DNA from: Rhodothermales bacterium
GTDB lineage: Bacteria; Bacteroidota; Rhodothermia; Rhodothermales; Bin80
Direction of reading: 5' to 3'
NCBI GenBank assembly: GCA_965207385.1
Contig: CBDBLZ010000005.1
Location: forward strand, 8,276 to 72,275
DNA length: 64,000 nucleotides
Shown here: piece after piece, positions 1 through 9,598 of the stretch
Layout of the letters: every line of letters starts with the position of its first letter
Numbering within the stretch: the first letter of the stretch is position 1
Program-made: the position numbers and the translations under genes
The notes under the pieces: model-generated
What the model was told of the DNA's origin: nothing
What the model saw: only the letters and a program-made list of their open reading frames with translations
Database searches by the model: none

Positions 1-1571
1 TGAAGGCGAACGGCGTGCAAAAGGGGGACCGGGTAACACTGTACTTGCCCATGATTCCCGAAGCCGCAGCATCCATGCTCGCCTGCAGCCGTATCGGGGC
101 CATTCACTCTGTCGTCTTTGCAGGCTTTTCGCCGGATGCGCTCGCCGACCGCATACTTGACTGCGACTCCACTTTCGTTATTACGGCCGACGAAGGCGTG
201 CGCGGCGCGCGGAGAGTGCCGCTCAAGGCAAACACGGACAAGGCGCTGGAGCGCTGCCCTGACGTGCGCAACGTCCTGGTGGTGCAGCGAACGGGCGATT
301 CGGTAGGATGGCAGCCCGGAAGGGACCTGTGGTACCACCAGGAGATGGAGGAAGCAAGCGCCGAGTGCCGGCCGGAAGCCATGGATTCGGAGGCCCCGCT
401 CTTCATACTCTATACGTCCGGCTCAACCGGGCGGCCCAAGGGCGTGCTGCATACCACGGGTGGCTACCTCGTGTACACGGCGCTTACCCACCAGTACGTT
501 TTTGACTACCACGAGGGCGACGTTTTCTGGTGCACGGCCGACGTGGGGTGGATTACAGGCCACTCGTACATTGTGTACGGCCCCCTCCTGAACGGGGCCA
601 CGCAGGTTTTTTTCGAGGGCGTCCCCACGTATCCCGATGCCTCGCGCTTCTGGCGCGTGGTGGATCGGCACAAGGTTACACAGTTTTACACCGCCCCGAC
701 CGCCATTAGGGCGTTAATGCGATACGGCGACGACTTTGTTGAGAGAACGAGCCGGAGCTCGCTTCGCCTTCTCGGCACGGTGGGAGAGCCCATCAATCCG
801 GCAGCCTGGCGCTGGTACCATGACGTGGTAGGGCAGGGGCGATGCCCCATCGTGGACACGTGGTGGCAGACGGAAACCGGTGGCATCATGATTGCGCCGC
901 TGCCGGGTGCTGTGCCTGCAAAGCCGGGTTCGGCCACGCTGCCGTTCTTCGGGATTCAGCCGGAAATACTCGACGAGCAGGGCAACGTCCTTGAGGGAGA
1001 GGCCGAAGGACTGCTCGCCATTTGCGACTCGTGGCCAAGCCAGGCGCGGACGGTCTACCGGGACCACGAGCGATTTGTGGACACGTACTTCAAGGCCTTC
1101 GAAGGAAAGTACTTTACCGGGGACGGCTGCCGTCGGGACGCCGACGGATACTACTGGATCACGGGCAGGGTGGATGACGTGCTCAATGTATCCGGGCATC
1201 GAATGGGAACCGCCGAAGTCGAAAGTGCGCTTGTCTCGCATGACCTCGTGACAGAGGCGGCAGTCGTGGGCTTTCCGCATCCCATCAAGGGGCAGGGCAT
1301 CTATGCCTATGTGACGCTGGCGACAGGCGCCGCATCCGACCAGACCAGAAGAGCGGAACTGGTACAGCACGTGCGCCAGCGCATCGGTCCGATAGCCAAG
1401 CCGGACTTCATCCAGTTTGCTGCGGCTCTGCCCAAGACGCGTTCCGGCAAGATCATGCGGCGCATCCTGCGCAAGATCGCCGGGAATGACTACAAAGACC
1501 TGGGAGACACGTCAACGCTGGCTGATCCTTCGGTCGTGGCACTCCTGATAGAAGAGCGTCAGAACCGGTAG
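1..1571 (+). CDS. acs: Acetyl-CoA synthetase (AMP-forming), 5' end outside window
   Basis: Frame of ORF 15..1571 stays open to the window edge. The translation has the AMP-binding signature [19 protein letters not shown] and the C-terminal [17 protein letters not shown] typical of Acs. Confidence 0.9.
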   Translation, partial: KANGVQKGDRVTLYLPMIPEAAASMLACSRIGAIHSVVFAGFSPDALADRILDCDSTFVITADEGVRGARRVPLKANTDKALERCPDVRNVLVVQRTGDSVGWQPGRDLWYHQEMEEASAECRPEAMDSEAPLFILYTSGSTGRPKGVLHTTGGYLVYTALTHQYVFDYHEGDVFWCTADVGWITGHSYIVYGPLLNGATQVFFEGVPTYPDASRFWRVVDRHKVTQFYTAPTAIRALMRYGDDFVERTSRSSLRLLGTVGEPINPAAWRWYHDVVGQGRCPIVDTWWQTETGGIMIAPLPGAVPAKPGSATLPFFGIQPEILDEQGNVLEGEAEGLLAICDSWPSQARTVYRDHERFVDTYFKAFEGKYFTGDGCRRDADGYYWITGRVDDVLNVSGHRMGTAEVESALVSHDLVTEAAVVGFPHPIKGQGIYAYVTLATGAASDQTRRAELVQHVRQRIGPIAKPDFIQFAAALPKTRSGKIMRRILRKIAGNDYKDLGDTSTLADPSVVALLIEERQNR

Positions 1572-1574
1572 GGC

Positions 1575-2489
1575 CTACGGCGCCGAACGAAGGCGTTCGG
1601 CCATGGCTATGGCGCCTTCGAGCGCATCCGCTGCGGGCTTGCACAGCTTCCACCCCGGCAGTACGTGCTGAAGCGCAGCCGCGAAGGCGTCTGCATAGTG
1701 GCTGGAATTGGCCAGGCCGCCGCACAAGGCAAGCTTCGGCTCTACCGGCGGCGAGCGCTCGACCAGGCGCGCCGCCTGGCGCGTCAGTGCATCCGCTTCC
1801 TGGTCCACGATGTGCCGCGCCACGGGGTCTCCGTTTTCCGAGGCCTCCAGCACCAGACGCGCCATGTGTTGCACAGGCCACTTTTCCTGGTAGACGCGGT
1901 GCAGCAGGTCGCTGCCTCGCCCGATTCCGTGTCGTTCGGCTGCCAGCGCCGAAAGCGCGGTCTCCGCGCCTTCGTCGAAGGCCTGTGCGACGGCATGCAA
2001 TCCCCGGACTCCAATGGCATGGCCGCTGCCTTCGTCGCCGATAAGGTAGCCCCATCCGCCGGCGCGCAGCATGGATCCGTCGCTCGCCCGGCCGTAGACG
2101 ACCGATCCTGTGCCCGCGATAACGAGCAGTCCGCTATGGCCGCCAAAGGCGCCCTCAAGGGCCGTGGCGCCGTCGTGTACGATCTTGACTGGCAAACTCG
2201 ACAGGACGGGAAGCAGCAGGCCGAGGCGCTGGCGCAGGGCCCGTTGCGCCCGGCGAGTACCGGCGCCGGCCATGCCTACACATACGGCGCCCAGCGTGTG
2301 GCCGGGTCTCAGCGGCAGCGCTTTGCGAATGAGGGAAACAAGGACGGAGCCGGCACGGTCGGCTCCAGCGCGGAGCAAATTGGCGGCAGGCCCCTCAAGC
2401 CGGACATCCGTATCGCAAACCGGACTGCGAGCGGCAAGCCGGGTCCGGGTTCCTCCGGCGTCTATGCCGATGATGAGATCAGGGCTCAA
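1575..2489 (-). CDS. BadF/BadG/BcrA/BcrD-type ATPase (N-acetylglucosamine kinase-like)
   Basis: The N-terminal phosphate-1 motif LIIGIDAGGTRTR sits 5 codons after an in-frame TTG at 2489. A second GTGS motif (LLVIAGTGSVVYG) is present. The ORF-track extension to 2846 overlaps the upstream gene and was trimmed. An 11-nt overlap with the stop of the upstream acylase gene suggests coupling. Confidence 0.65.
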   Translation of the reverse strand: MSPDLIIGIDAGGTRTRLAARSPVCDTDVRLEGPAANLLRAGADRAGSVLVSLIRKALPLRPGHTLGAVCVGMAGAGTRRAQRALRQRLGLLLPVLSSLPVKIVHDGATALEGAFGGHSGLLVIAGTGSVVYGRASDGSMLRAGGWGYLIGDEGSGHAIGVRGLHAVAQAFDEGAETALSALAAERHGIGRGSDLLHRVYQEKWPVQHMARLVLEASENGDPVARHIVDQEADALTRQAARLVERSPPVEPKLALCGGLANSSHYADAFAAALQHVLPGWKLCKPAADALEGAIAMAERLRSAP

Positions 2490-4374
2490 GGTAGGTGGTA
2501 TGGCGGATTTCTGACAGGAGCTCGCCCGGCGTGAGCAATTCGGGCACCCGGTGGATGCCGAGAAACGCATGCGGGTCGATGCTGCGCTTGCGTACCGTAA
2601 CGGATCCCCAGGAGTCCGATTGGTGCCAGGCTTCCCAGGCAGCGCTCGGAACGGGCGCAATCGCATGCGGTGCCGGATGCCATACAAGACTGGTCCTGTG
2701 ACCGTGGCCAGGCCATTCCATGGCGTCCAGCCAAGGGCTTCCGCTGCCTGAACCGTACGGGAACCGGCGCCGGTCGACATGAAGTTGCTCCCAGCGCCAC
2801 TGGCTTTGGTCCGGCCCGAACTGACTTTCAAGGCTTTGCACGGCACGCGCCAGGGCCAGGCGCACGGCGGCAGTGTCTGTCAGCGCCGCGCGCAGTGCTG
2901 CATCCGGAAGCAATGACCTCATTTCGTCACCGGGCAGGTGACGGATCCACGCTTCAAGAATGGAGGGGGCTATGCTCGCTCCGGCATACGTATAATCCCA
3001 ATTCTGGAGATAGGTTATAGCACTCTGCAGGCCGGGTGAATAGTCGCCGTCGAATGCCACGGTCTGCAGCAATTGCGGCGCAATGCGGGCAGCCCAACTG
3101 CTGTAAGCCGCGCCTAGCCAGGACTCCAGGTCAATTTCCTCCTGCTCCGTCAGAAACTCGGCTACGTAGGCCGATTCCGGCGACAGGCCAACTAGTACTC
3201 CATCGCCTGGAAGGCGCATCATATTGGGAGCGCCCAGTACGGTCCATTCGCCGCCGCGGGCCATACGGAGTCCGCTCCCGTCCAGGAGGCGGAAGCTGCG
3301 AGCTTCTCCGCTCTGCAAGCCCCGCCAGGCTGCCACGTCCGAGGTGGCTGTAAAGCCTGGCCAGTACAGCGTCCACCGCGGGTCCTCGCCGTCTTCCGGC
3401 ACCACTATTCGGGTGCCGCTTGCATCCGTGGGCTGGATGTATTCCCGGCCGCTTGCCGATATGATTCTGTCATGGGAGTATCCGCCGCCTCTTGCCGTAT
3501 CCGGGGCGGTTTCGAATGAGACCTGTGCGCTTGGAAAGAGGGCCCAGGCACCTTCGTTCGTGATGCCGAACGGCAGAAACGGCGTGCCCGGGATGGAGGC
3601 CCCCCGCACGAAGCGGCCGTGACCCGCGATTATTTCCAATTCTTGCATGGGATTTAGCGCCGTATTGCCGTAGACGAACCGCCAGTAGAGCGTTCTTTGG
3701 TCGCCGCTTCCGTGTATCCAGGCCAGGCTGTGCTCGAAACCGTGCACATGGAGCCAGGCGCGAAGCTGGCTGTCGGCCTCTGCTACGAAGGCAGGCGCTG
3801 CAGCCCCAAGCCTCTCCTCCGGCACTGCAAGCCAGGCGAGAAGCCGCTCAACGGCGAGCGTGTGCCAGGCTTGCCACGGATCCGGGACTATCCCGAAGCG
3901 GAGAAAGTCGTGGCGCAGGGCCAGCTTCGGATCCACCAGGGCGGCATTGAGCCCCGCGGCGTATGCCTTCAGATATGCCATGTCATCTGGCGGCAGGGCC
4001 TGGGCCGCGGATTTGGATCGGGGCTCCAGACCCAACAGCCGCGTGAGTCGGTCGATGGCTACGGCATCGTCGCCGAATACCTCCGCCAGTCGCCCCAGGG
4101 CGGCCCGCCGCCAGAGGACCACGGTCCACGCGTGGTTCCATCCGTGCGCGTAGCCGAGCGCGAGCACGGCATCCTGGTCGTTAGCCGCCCTTATTTGAAC
4201 GTCGCCATCTTCGCCCCAGTCCAGGGTTACGGATTCCCTCAGTCCCGCAATCTGGACGGTGCCGGCAGGACGTGGGTTACGGTGATAGGAAAGGTACCAG
4301 ACGGGGAGAGCCGCGCATACTATGGCGCCTGCGAAGAGCGTAAGGATAATTCTTGTTCGCAAAGACCTGAGCAC
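2479..4374 (-). CDS. Penicillin/AHL acylase family (Ntn hydrolase) protein with N-terminal membrane anchor or signal
   Basis: The N-terminus is hydrophobic (IILTLFAGAIVCAALPVWYL). The alpha-subunit-like block LALGYAHGWNHAWTVVLWRRAALGRLAEVFG...AIDRLTRLLG...LKAYAAGLNAAL matches the penicillin amidase pattern. HSLAW is a possible nucleophile Ser site. The protein is shorter (631 aa) than typical family members. Confidence 0.55.
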   Translation of the reverse strand: MLRSLRTRIILTLFAGAIVCAALPVWYLSYHRNPRPAGTVQIAGLRESVTLDWGEDGDVQIRAANDQDAVLALGYAHGWNHAWTVVLWRRAALGRLAEVFGDDAVAIDRLTRLLGLEPRSKSAAQALPPDDMAYLKAYAAGLNAALVDPKLALRHDFLRFGIVPDPWQAWHTLAVERLLAWLAVPEERLGAAAPAFVAEADSQLRAWLHVHGFEHSLAWIHGSGDQRTLYWRFVYGNTALNPMQELEIIAGHGRFVRGASIPGTPFLPFGITNEGAWALFPSAQVSFETAPDTARGGGYSHDRIISASGREYIQPTDASGTRIVVPEDGEDPRWTLYWPGFTATSDVAAWRGLQSGEARSFRLLDGSGLRMARGGEWTVLGAPNMMRLPGDGVLVGLSPESAYVAEFLTEQEEIDLESWLGAAYSSWAARIAPQLLQTVAFDGDYSPGLQSAITYLQNWDYTYAGASIAPSILEAWIRHLPGDEMRSLLPDAALRAALTDTAAVRLALARAVQSLESQFGPDQSQWRWEQLHVDRRRFPYGSGSGSPWLDAMEWPGHGHRTSLVWHPAPHAIAPVPSAAWEAWHQSDSWGSVTVRKRSIDPHAFLGIHRVPELLTPGELLSEIRHTTYLEP

Positions 4375-4495
4375 TTTGGCAGTGAAGGCTGGGCTCCGCC
4401 GGCTTTCCAGTCAGGCCGGGCGCAGTCTGACAGATGGATCCTGCGCCGGCTGGCGTTTGTAACAATACAGTTTAGGTACAAGACCTGTCTGTTGC

Positions 4496-6208
4496 ATGCC
4501 GAAGGGAAAGACTGTTAGCGGTGCACTGATTCTGCTTCTTGCCGGGTTGCTGTTGGGGCTCGGACTGGATTCTTCCTCAAGCGCGGACGCGCTGCGGAAG
4601 CTGGAAAGGGCTTTTCGGCTGATCGAGAACAACTATGTCGAGGAGCTGGACGCAGAAGAGCTGGCCGAGAGTGCACTCAGAGGGATGCTGGAAAAGCTTG
4701 ATCCCCATTCGGTATATATCAGCGCGGACCAGATGCGCAGGGTGCGCGAGGATTTCAGCGGTGGTTTTGAGGGCATAGGCATCTCGTATGAATTCATCAC
4801 GGTGCCGGAAGGTAAGGACACGCTCGCGGTTTTGAGTGTCATTCCTGGAGGTCCCAGCGAGGAGGTCGGACTGATGTCGGGTGACCGGATCGTGGAAGTG
4901 GATGGTGAAAGTGTCCTGGGGTTCGAGAGTGCGGACGTGCAGCGCACGCTCAAGGGACCGCGCGGCACGAGGGTAACGCTGGGCGTGGTCCGGCCGGGCT
5001 ATGAGGCACCGCTGACATTTGACATTACGCGTGACCGCATCCCGCTGCATTCGGTAAGCGCTGCGTACATGATAGATGATGTGACCGGCTACGTAAAGGT
5101 CGGCCGATTTTCCCGCACGACACACGACGAATTCAGGGAGGCGCTTAGGACGCTTAAGCAGCAGGGCATGCAGCGCCTCATGCTGGATCTGAGGGGCAAC
5201 CCCGGGGGCTACATGGAAATGGCGGTCCGCATGGCCGATGAGTTCCTGGGCGGTGACAGGCTGATTGTGTCCCAGCGGGGCCGGGGCACAGGTTCCGGCC
5301 GCGATTTTCGCGCGCGCCGTCGCGGAGAATTTGAAGATCCGCCCGTGATAGTGCTGGTAAACAGCGCGTCAGCCTCCGCCAGCGAAATCGTTTCCGGTGC
5401 GCTGCAGGATCACGATCGCGGTCTGATTGTAGGCCGGCAGACGTTCGGAAAGGGCCTGGTGCAACAGCAGTACCCGTTGCCGGACAGCAGCGCCATCCGC
5501 GTTACCATTGCGCACTTCTATACGCCTTCGGGGCGCCTCATCCAGACGCCGTATACGAAGGGGCAGGACGCAGCGTATTACGAATTCAAGCAGGAACTGC
5601 AGCTGGAAGCCGTGCTGCGGAGCACGGAAGAGATCGTAGGCAAGGTCCCTGACTCATTGAAGTACAAGACCGCTGCGGGTCGCACAGTCATAGGCGGGGG
5701 CGGCATCCTGCCTGACTACGTGGTGCCGGCAGATTCGGCCTCGCCGTTTGTCGCCCACGTATTCTCGCGCAATCTGCCCAATATCTATGCACGCAACTGG
5801 TATGACGCACACAGCGCAAGCCTGCGGCAGACCTGGGGCCAGGACCGTCAGGCGTATTTCCGCGAATTCCTGGTGAGCGATGACATGCTGCGCGAGTTTC
5901 TGGCAATGGCAGAGCAGCAGGGCATAGACCTGGATTCGCTGGAGAATTCTTCTGGCGAGGAAACGTCACCGTCGTCTTCTGTGGCGGAGGAGAGGACGGA
6001 GACCGGATTGGAGGAGGCAGAACGTACTGATTTGGCCAGGATTGCAGGCGACCGCGCGTTCCTGCAAGCCTACATCAAGTCGCGCATCGCAGTGCGCCTC
6101 TTTGACCTTGAAGCGGGATATCCCGTCATGAACAGCGTCGATCCCGTATTCCAGAAAGCGATGGCATTGTGGCCGGAGGCCGAGGCGCTGGTCTTGCCCG
6201 GAAACTAG
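4496..6208 (+). CDS. S41 family C-terminal processing peptidase with PDZ domain
   Basis: Signal/anchor N-terminus; PDZ-like segment (GGPSEEVGLMSGDRIVEVDG); S41 catalytic block NSASASASEIVSGALQDHDRGLIVGRQTFGKGLVQQ. Confidence 0.9.
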   Translation: MPKGKTVSGALILLLAGLLLGLGLDSSSSADALRKLERAFRLIENNYVEELDAEELAESALRGMLEKLDPHSVYISADQMRRVREDFSGGFEGIGISYEFITVPEGKDTLAVLSVIPGGPSEEVGLMSGDRIVEVDGESVLGFESADVQRTLKGPRGTRVTLGVVRPGYEAPLTFDITRDRIPLHSVSAAYMIDDVTGYVKVGRFSRTTHDEFREALRTLKQQGMQRLMLDLRGNPGGYMEMAVRMADEFLGGDRLIVSQRGRGTGSGRDFRARRRGEFEDPPVIVLVNSASASASEIVSGALQDHDRGLIVGRQTFGKGLVQQQYPLPDSSAIRVTIAHFYTPSGRLIQTPYTKGQDAAYYEFKQELQLEAVLRSTEEIVGKVPDSLKYKTAAGRTVIGGGGILPDYVVPADSASPFVAHVFSRNLPNIYARNWYDAHSASLRQTWGQDRQAYFREFLVSDDMLREFLAMAEQQGIDLDSLENSSGEETSPSSSVAEERTETGLEEAERTDLARIAGDRAFLQAYIKSRIAVRLFDLEAGYPVMNSVDPVFQKAMALWPEAEALVLPGN

Positions 6209-6390
6209 GGCCTCGCCCCTTGACTCGCGACAGCTTGAATCCGCCTCCGCGCTTGACATTTCCAGCCTTATTAAATAACGTTAGCCCGTTCGGATCAACG
6301 GCAACATAACGCATTGCATGCGCAGGGATGGTTATATTCCTCCCTGTACTCTTCTAGTCACCTGACATCACTTATCTGGAGGATCTGTCC

Positions 6391-7080
6391 ATGAAGCTCT
6401 TAGGCACACTTATGATGCTGCCGCAGGAGGCCGGCGAAGAAGGCGTAATCAACCTTCTGGTACGTTACTTTAACGAAGGCGGCGACTTCATGTGGCCGGT
6501 TCTCATTATCCTGATAGTTGGTCTTGCCATTGCGTTTGAAAGGGTTATCTCGCTCAACAGGGCGGACGTCAATACGCGCAAATTCATCGTAGGCGTTAAG
6601 AAAGCCCTTGACGAAGGCGGAGTGGCAGCTGCGGAGGAGGTTTGCGCCAATACGCGGGGGCCCGTTGCTTCCGTTTTTCAGGCCGGGCTCTTGCGCGTTG
6701 ATGAAGGCATTGACGCGGTAGAAAAGGCTGTAGTGGCTTACGGCTCCATCGAGATGAGCTTTCTTGAGCGCGGTCTCGTGTGGCTTTCGCTATTTATCGC
6801 GCTTGCTCCCATGTTCGGCTTCCTCGGCACGGTAATCGGGATGGTTGCCGCCTTTGATGCCATTGAGGCTGCTGGCGACATTTCTCCGAGCCTGGTTGCC
6901 CGCGGTATCAAGATTGCCTTGCTTACGACCGTGTTCGGCCTAATCGTGGCCATCATCCTACAGTTCTTCTACAACTATGCCGTCTCCAAGATTGACCGCA
7001 TCGTGGTCGAGATGGAGGAGGCTTCGATTGAGCTGATCGACTCGCTCGTGCTGATGAAGGGCGGACAGTCGGCAAGCTGA
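6391..7080 (+). CDS. exbB: MotA/TolQ/ExbB proton-channel protein
   Basis: Three-TM topology with the family motifs APMFGFLGTVIGM and IKIALLTTVFGLIVAI. Followed by two ExbD genes. Confidence 0.85.
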   Translation: MKLLGTLMMLPQEAGEEGVINLLVRYFNEGGDFMWPVLIILIVGLAIAFERVISLNRADVNTRKFIVGVKKALDEGGVAAAEEVCANTRGPVASVFQAGLLRVDEGIDAVEKAVVAYGSIEMSFLERGLVWLSLFIALAPMFGFLGTVIGMVAAFDAIEAAGDISPSLVARGIKIALLTTVFGLIVAIILQFFYNYAVSKIDRIVVEMEEASIELIDSLVLMKGGQSAS

Positions 7081-7150
7081 GCCTGGCAGAATCCAACGAC
7101 CCAGTTTAGCGGATGACGTATAGTCTTCTGTTCAAATCAGGTACCTGAAC

Positions 7151-7414
7151 ATGGTTATTCTTGCAATCTACATCGTGCTCGGCCTCATGGGCCTTGGTCT
7201 GCTGGCAATGGTGGCCTTCGGCCTCAGAAGCGTGGCCTCCGGCAAGGTCAACGTAATGACCATGGGCATCGTCGTGCTGCCCATGGTTCTGCTTCTGATC
7301 CTGGGCCTTGTGATGCCGACCTGGGCGCAGGCCGGCATTTATACCATTGCCATCACACTGGCTGGCGCCTTACTGGCGCTTCTGGTCACGGGCCTGCGAG
7401 GCCTCTTCTCCTAG
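7151..7414 (+). CDS. Small hydrophobic membrane protein (about 3 TM), unknown function
   Basis: 87-aa ORF made almost entirely of hydrophobic helices. It lies between exbB and exbD on the same strand, 20 nt before the next start. Confidence 0.5.
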   Translation: MVILAIYIVLGLMGLGLLAMVAFGLRSVASGKVNVMTMGIVVLPMVLLLILGLVMPTWAQAGIYTIAITLAGALLALLVTGLRGLFS

Positions 7415-7433
7415 AATACCAACGCCTTGAATC

Positions 7434-7997
7434 ATGGGTGTACTTGCAAAGAGAAAGCAGCGGCGCGAAGCGGAGATACCGACGTCGTCCATGGCCGACA
7501 TCGCGTTTCTTCTGCTCATCTTCTTTCTGGTTACCACGACCATTGACGTGGACACGGGCATCGGGATGACACTGCCGCCGGAGCTGGATCTGGAGGTGGA
7601 GCCACCGCCTGTCCGGGAACGTGATATGCTTACCATACTGATCAACGCGCAGGGACAGGTGCTGCTGGAGGACTTGCCGTCGAGCGTGGCGCAGATTCGG
7701 AGTGAGGTGCGCACGCACGTCACCAATTATGGTCAGGATCCCCGGTACGCCACGAGTCCCGGCAAGGCTGTCGTCTCCATCAAGACGGACCGCCAGACTC
7801 CGTACAGCCTGTACATCGCCACAATGGACGAGGTATGGATGGCCTACTTCGAAATTTGGGACACGGAAGCCCGTTCCTTGGGCTTTGTCGACTACCAGGA
7901 TTACAGGAGTTCGCTGGAAGAGGACGAGGTAAACGTGATCCGGGATGAGTGGCCCGCCCAGATTTCGCTCGCCGAGCCCGATCCGGGCGATGCGTAG
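7434..7997 (+). CDS. exbD: ExbD/TolR biopolymer transport protein
   Basis: N-terminal basic stretch followed by the TM segment MADIAFLLLIFFLVTTT carrying the conserved Asp. Periplasmic domain ending in the VSIKTDRQTPYSLYIATMDEV pattern. Confidence 0.85.
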   Translation: MGVLAKRKQRREAEIPTSSMADIAFLLLIFFLVTTTIDVDTGIGMTLPPELDLEVEPPPVRERDMLTILINAQGQVLLEDLPSSVAQIRSEVRTHVTNYGQDPRYATSPGKAVVSIKTDRQTPYSLYIATMDEVWMAYFEIWDTEARSLGFVDYQDYRSSLEEDEVNVIRDEWPAQISLAEPDPGDA

Positions 7998-8036
7998 CCC
8001 GTCTCAGTCCAATCGCATAACCGCCTGAACGGAACT

Positions 8037-8489
8037 ATGGGGCATTTCACCAAGAAGAGCAAGGCGAAGCCGGAGATTTCGACTGCTTCGCTGCCCGACA
8101 TCATCTTCATGCTGCTCATCTTTTTCATGGTCACGACGGTGCTCCGTGAACAGGAAGTGCAGGTCAGGACCATCTTGCCCTCTGCAGAGGCCCTGACGAA
8201 GATTGAGCAAAAGCGATACGTATCGTATATCTGGGCCGGCCCGGAAAGGCTTCCCGGCAACAGGTTCGGAGAAACCAAGGTACAGATAGACGACGCCGTG
8301 ATTGAGGACATGACCAACATCCGGAGCATCATGTACCGCAAGCTTACCCAGGAGCCGCGCCTGATTGTGTCTCTGCGGGTGGACGAGGAATCGGAGATGG
8401 GCGTGGTCACCGATGTGCAGCAGGAGCTGCGAAAGGGCGGCACGCTGCGCATCAACTACTCCTCCAAGCGCGACATATCGAACCTCTAG
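8037..8489 (+). CDS. exbD: ExbD/TolR biopolymer transport protein (second copy)
   Basis: TM segment LPDIIFMLLIFFMVTT with the conserved Asp; C-terminal VSLRVDEESEMGVVTDVQQELRKGG pattern. Confidence 0.85.
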   Translation: MGHFTKKSKAKPEISTASLPDIIFMLLIFFMVTTVLREQEVQVRTILPSAEALTKIEQKRYVSYIWAGPERLPGNRFGETKVQIDDAVIEDMTNIRSIMYRKLTQEPRLIVSLRVDEESEMGVVTDVQQELRKGGTLRINYSSKRDISNL

Positions 8490-8514
8490 GGCGTCCTCCG
8501 GCGATGATGCCCGG

Positions 8515-8557
8515 CCAAAGGCTCCGCTTGCATTGAGCGGAGCCTTTGGTGTTTTTT
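8515..8557 (+). terminator. Intrinsic terminator of the exbB-exbD-exbD operon
   Basis: Perfect 14-bp stem (ccaaaggctccgct at 8515-8528 and agcggagcctttgg at 8536-8549), 7-nt loop tgcattg, followed by tgtttttt (8550-8557). It starts 26 nt after the exbD stop. Confidence 0.85.
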
Positions 8558-8572
8558 CAGCCAGCCTGCATC

Positions 8573-9598
8573 GTGGCCCATACAGTTGCGCTCCTTCCGG
8601 GTGACGGCATTGGTCCCGAGATTGTGGACGCCGTGCTGCATGTTGTGGAGGCAACCGGCGTGCAAATCACGTGGGACCGCCACGAGGCCGTGGGCCAGGC
8701 GGGCGTTGATGCGTGCGGAGAACCGCTTCCCGCAGCTGTCGTCGCGTCCATTCGCCGCCACGGCGTGGCGCTCAAGGGACCCGTTACCACGCCACTTCGG
8801 AAAGGATTCAGGAGCGTCAACGTCACGCTGCGGCGCCAGCTGGACCTGTTTGCCAACGTGCGGCCCTGCAGGACGTTGCAAGGGGTCCAAAGCCCTTTTT
8901 CGGACGTGGATCTCATCATTTTCCGGGAGAACACGGAGGGACTGTACTCGGGAATCGAGAACTATGATGCCCGCCTTGAGATTGCGGACTCCATAGCGCG
9001 CATTACCAGGCACGGGTCGCGGCGCATCATTCGCTTTGCGTTCGAGTACGCCCGCAAACACGGCAGACGAGCGCTTACCCTGGTGCACAAGGCCAACGTT
9101 CTGAAGGCGACCACGGGCATGTTCCTGGAGGAAGGCCAGGCCATGGCCGCGGCCTATCCGGACATAGCATTCAATCATCGCATCATTGACAACATGGCGA
9201 TGCAACTGGTCATGGCGCCGCAAGCGTACGACTGCATAGTGACCACGAACCTCTTTGGTGACATACTCAGCGACTTGTGCGCGGGACTTGTCGGTGGACT
9301 GGGCGTGGTGCCCGGCGCAAACCTGGGTGACGGCTGCGCGGTGTTCGAAGCCGTGCACGGAAGTGCGCCGGACATAGCGGGCGGGGGCGTCGCCAATCCT
9401 ACGGCGCTCTTGCGTTCGGCTGCCATGATGTTGCGCTACCTGGGAGAGGGCCGCGCTGCAGCGGCTGTAGAACGCGGCGTCAGGGACCTTTATGCAGAGG
9501 GCAAGCATCTGACACCCGACGTAGGCGGCACCTGCACGACCTCGCAAGTCGCCCGGCGGCTTGCCGGCTGCGTGCGTCAAAATATGGAAGCAGCATGA
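8573..9598 (+). CDS. Isocitrate/homoisocitrate dehydrogenase (beta-decarboxylating dehydrogenase family, NAD-IDH-like)
   Basis: VALLPGDGIGPEI N-terminus, GFRSVNVTLRRQLDLFANVRPC, IFRENTEGLYSG, NLFGDILSDLCAGLVGGLG. The start was moved to the GTG at 8573 because the ORF-track TTG at 8546 lies inside the upstream terminator hairpin. Confidence 0.8.
   Translation: MAHTVALLPGDGIGPEIVDAVLHVVEATGVQITWDRHEAVGQAGVDACGEPLPAAVVASIRRHGVALKGPVTTPLRKGFRSVNVTLRRQLDLFANVRPCRTLQGVQSPFSDVDLIIFRENTEGLYSGIENYDARLEIADSIARITRHGSRRIIRFAFEYARKHGRRALTLVHKANVLKATTGMFLEEGQAMAAAYPDIAFNHRIIDNMAMQLVMAPQAYDCIVTTNLFGDILSDLCAGLVGGLGVVPGANLGDGCAVFEAVHGSAPDIAGGGVANPTALLRSAAMMLRYLGEGRAAAAVERGVRDLYAEGKHLTPDVGGTCTTSQVARRLAGCVRQNMEAA

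Noticed and set aside
1582-1601. 8-bp hairpin (GCCGAACG-AAGG-CGTTCGGC) between the convergent acs and BadF-type genes
   Set aside because: It lies inside the BadF-type coding sequence and has no flanking T/A runs. Any function as a bidirectional terminator is unsupported.
6253-6281. TTGACA hexamer upstream of exbB as a promoter
   Set aside because: The -35 match is perfect, but the best-spaced -10 candidate (TAACGT, 17-nt spacer) is weak. This is too uncertain to list as a feature.
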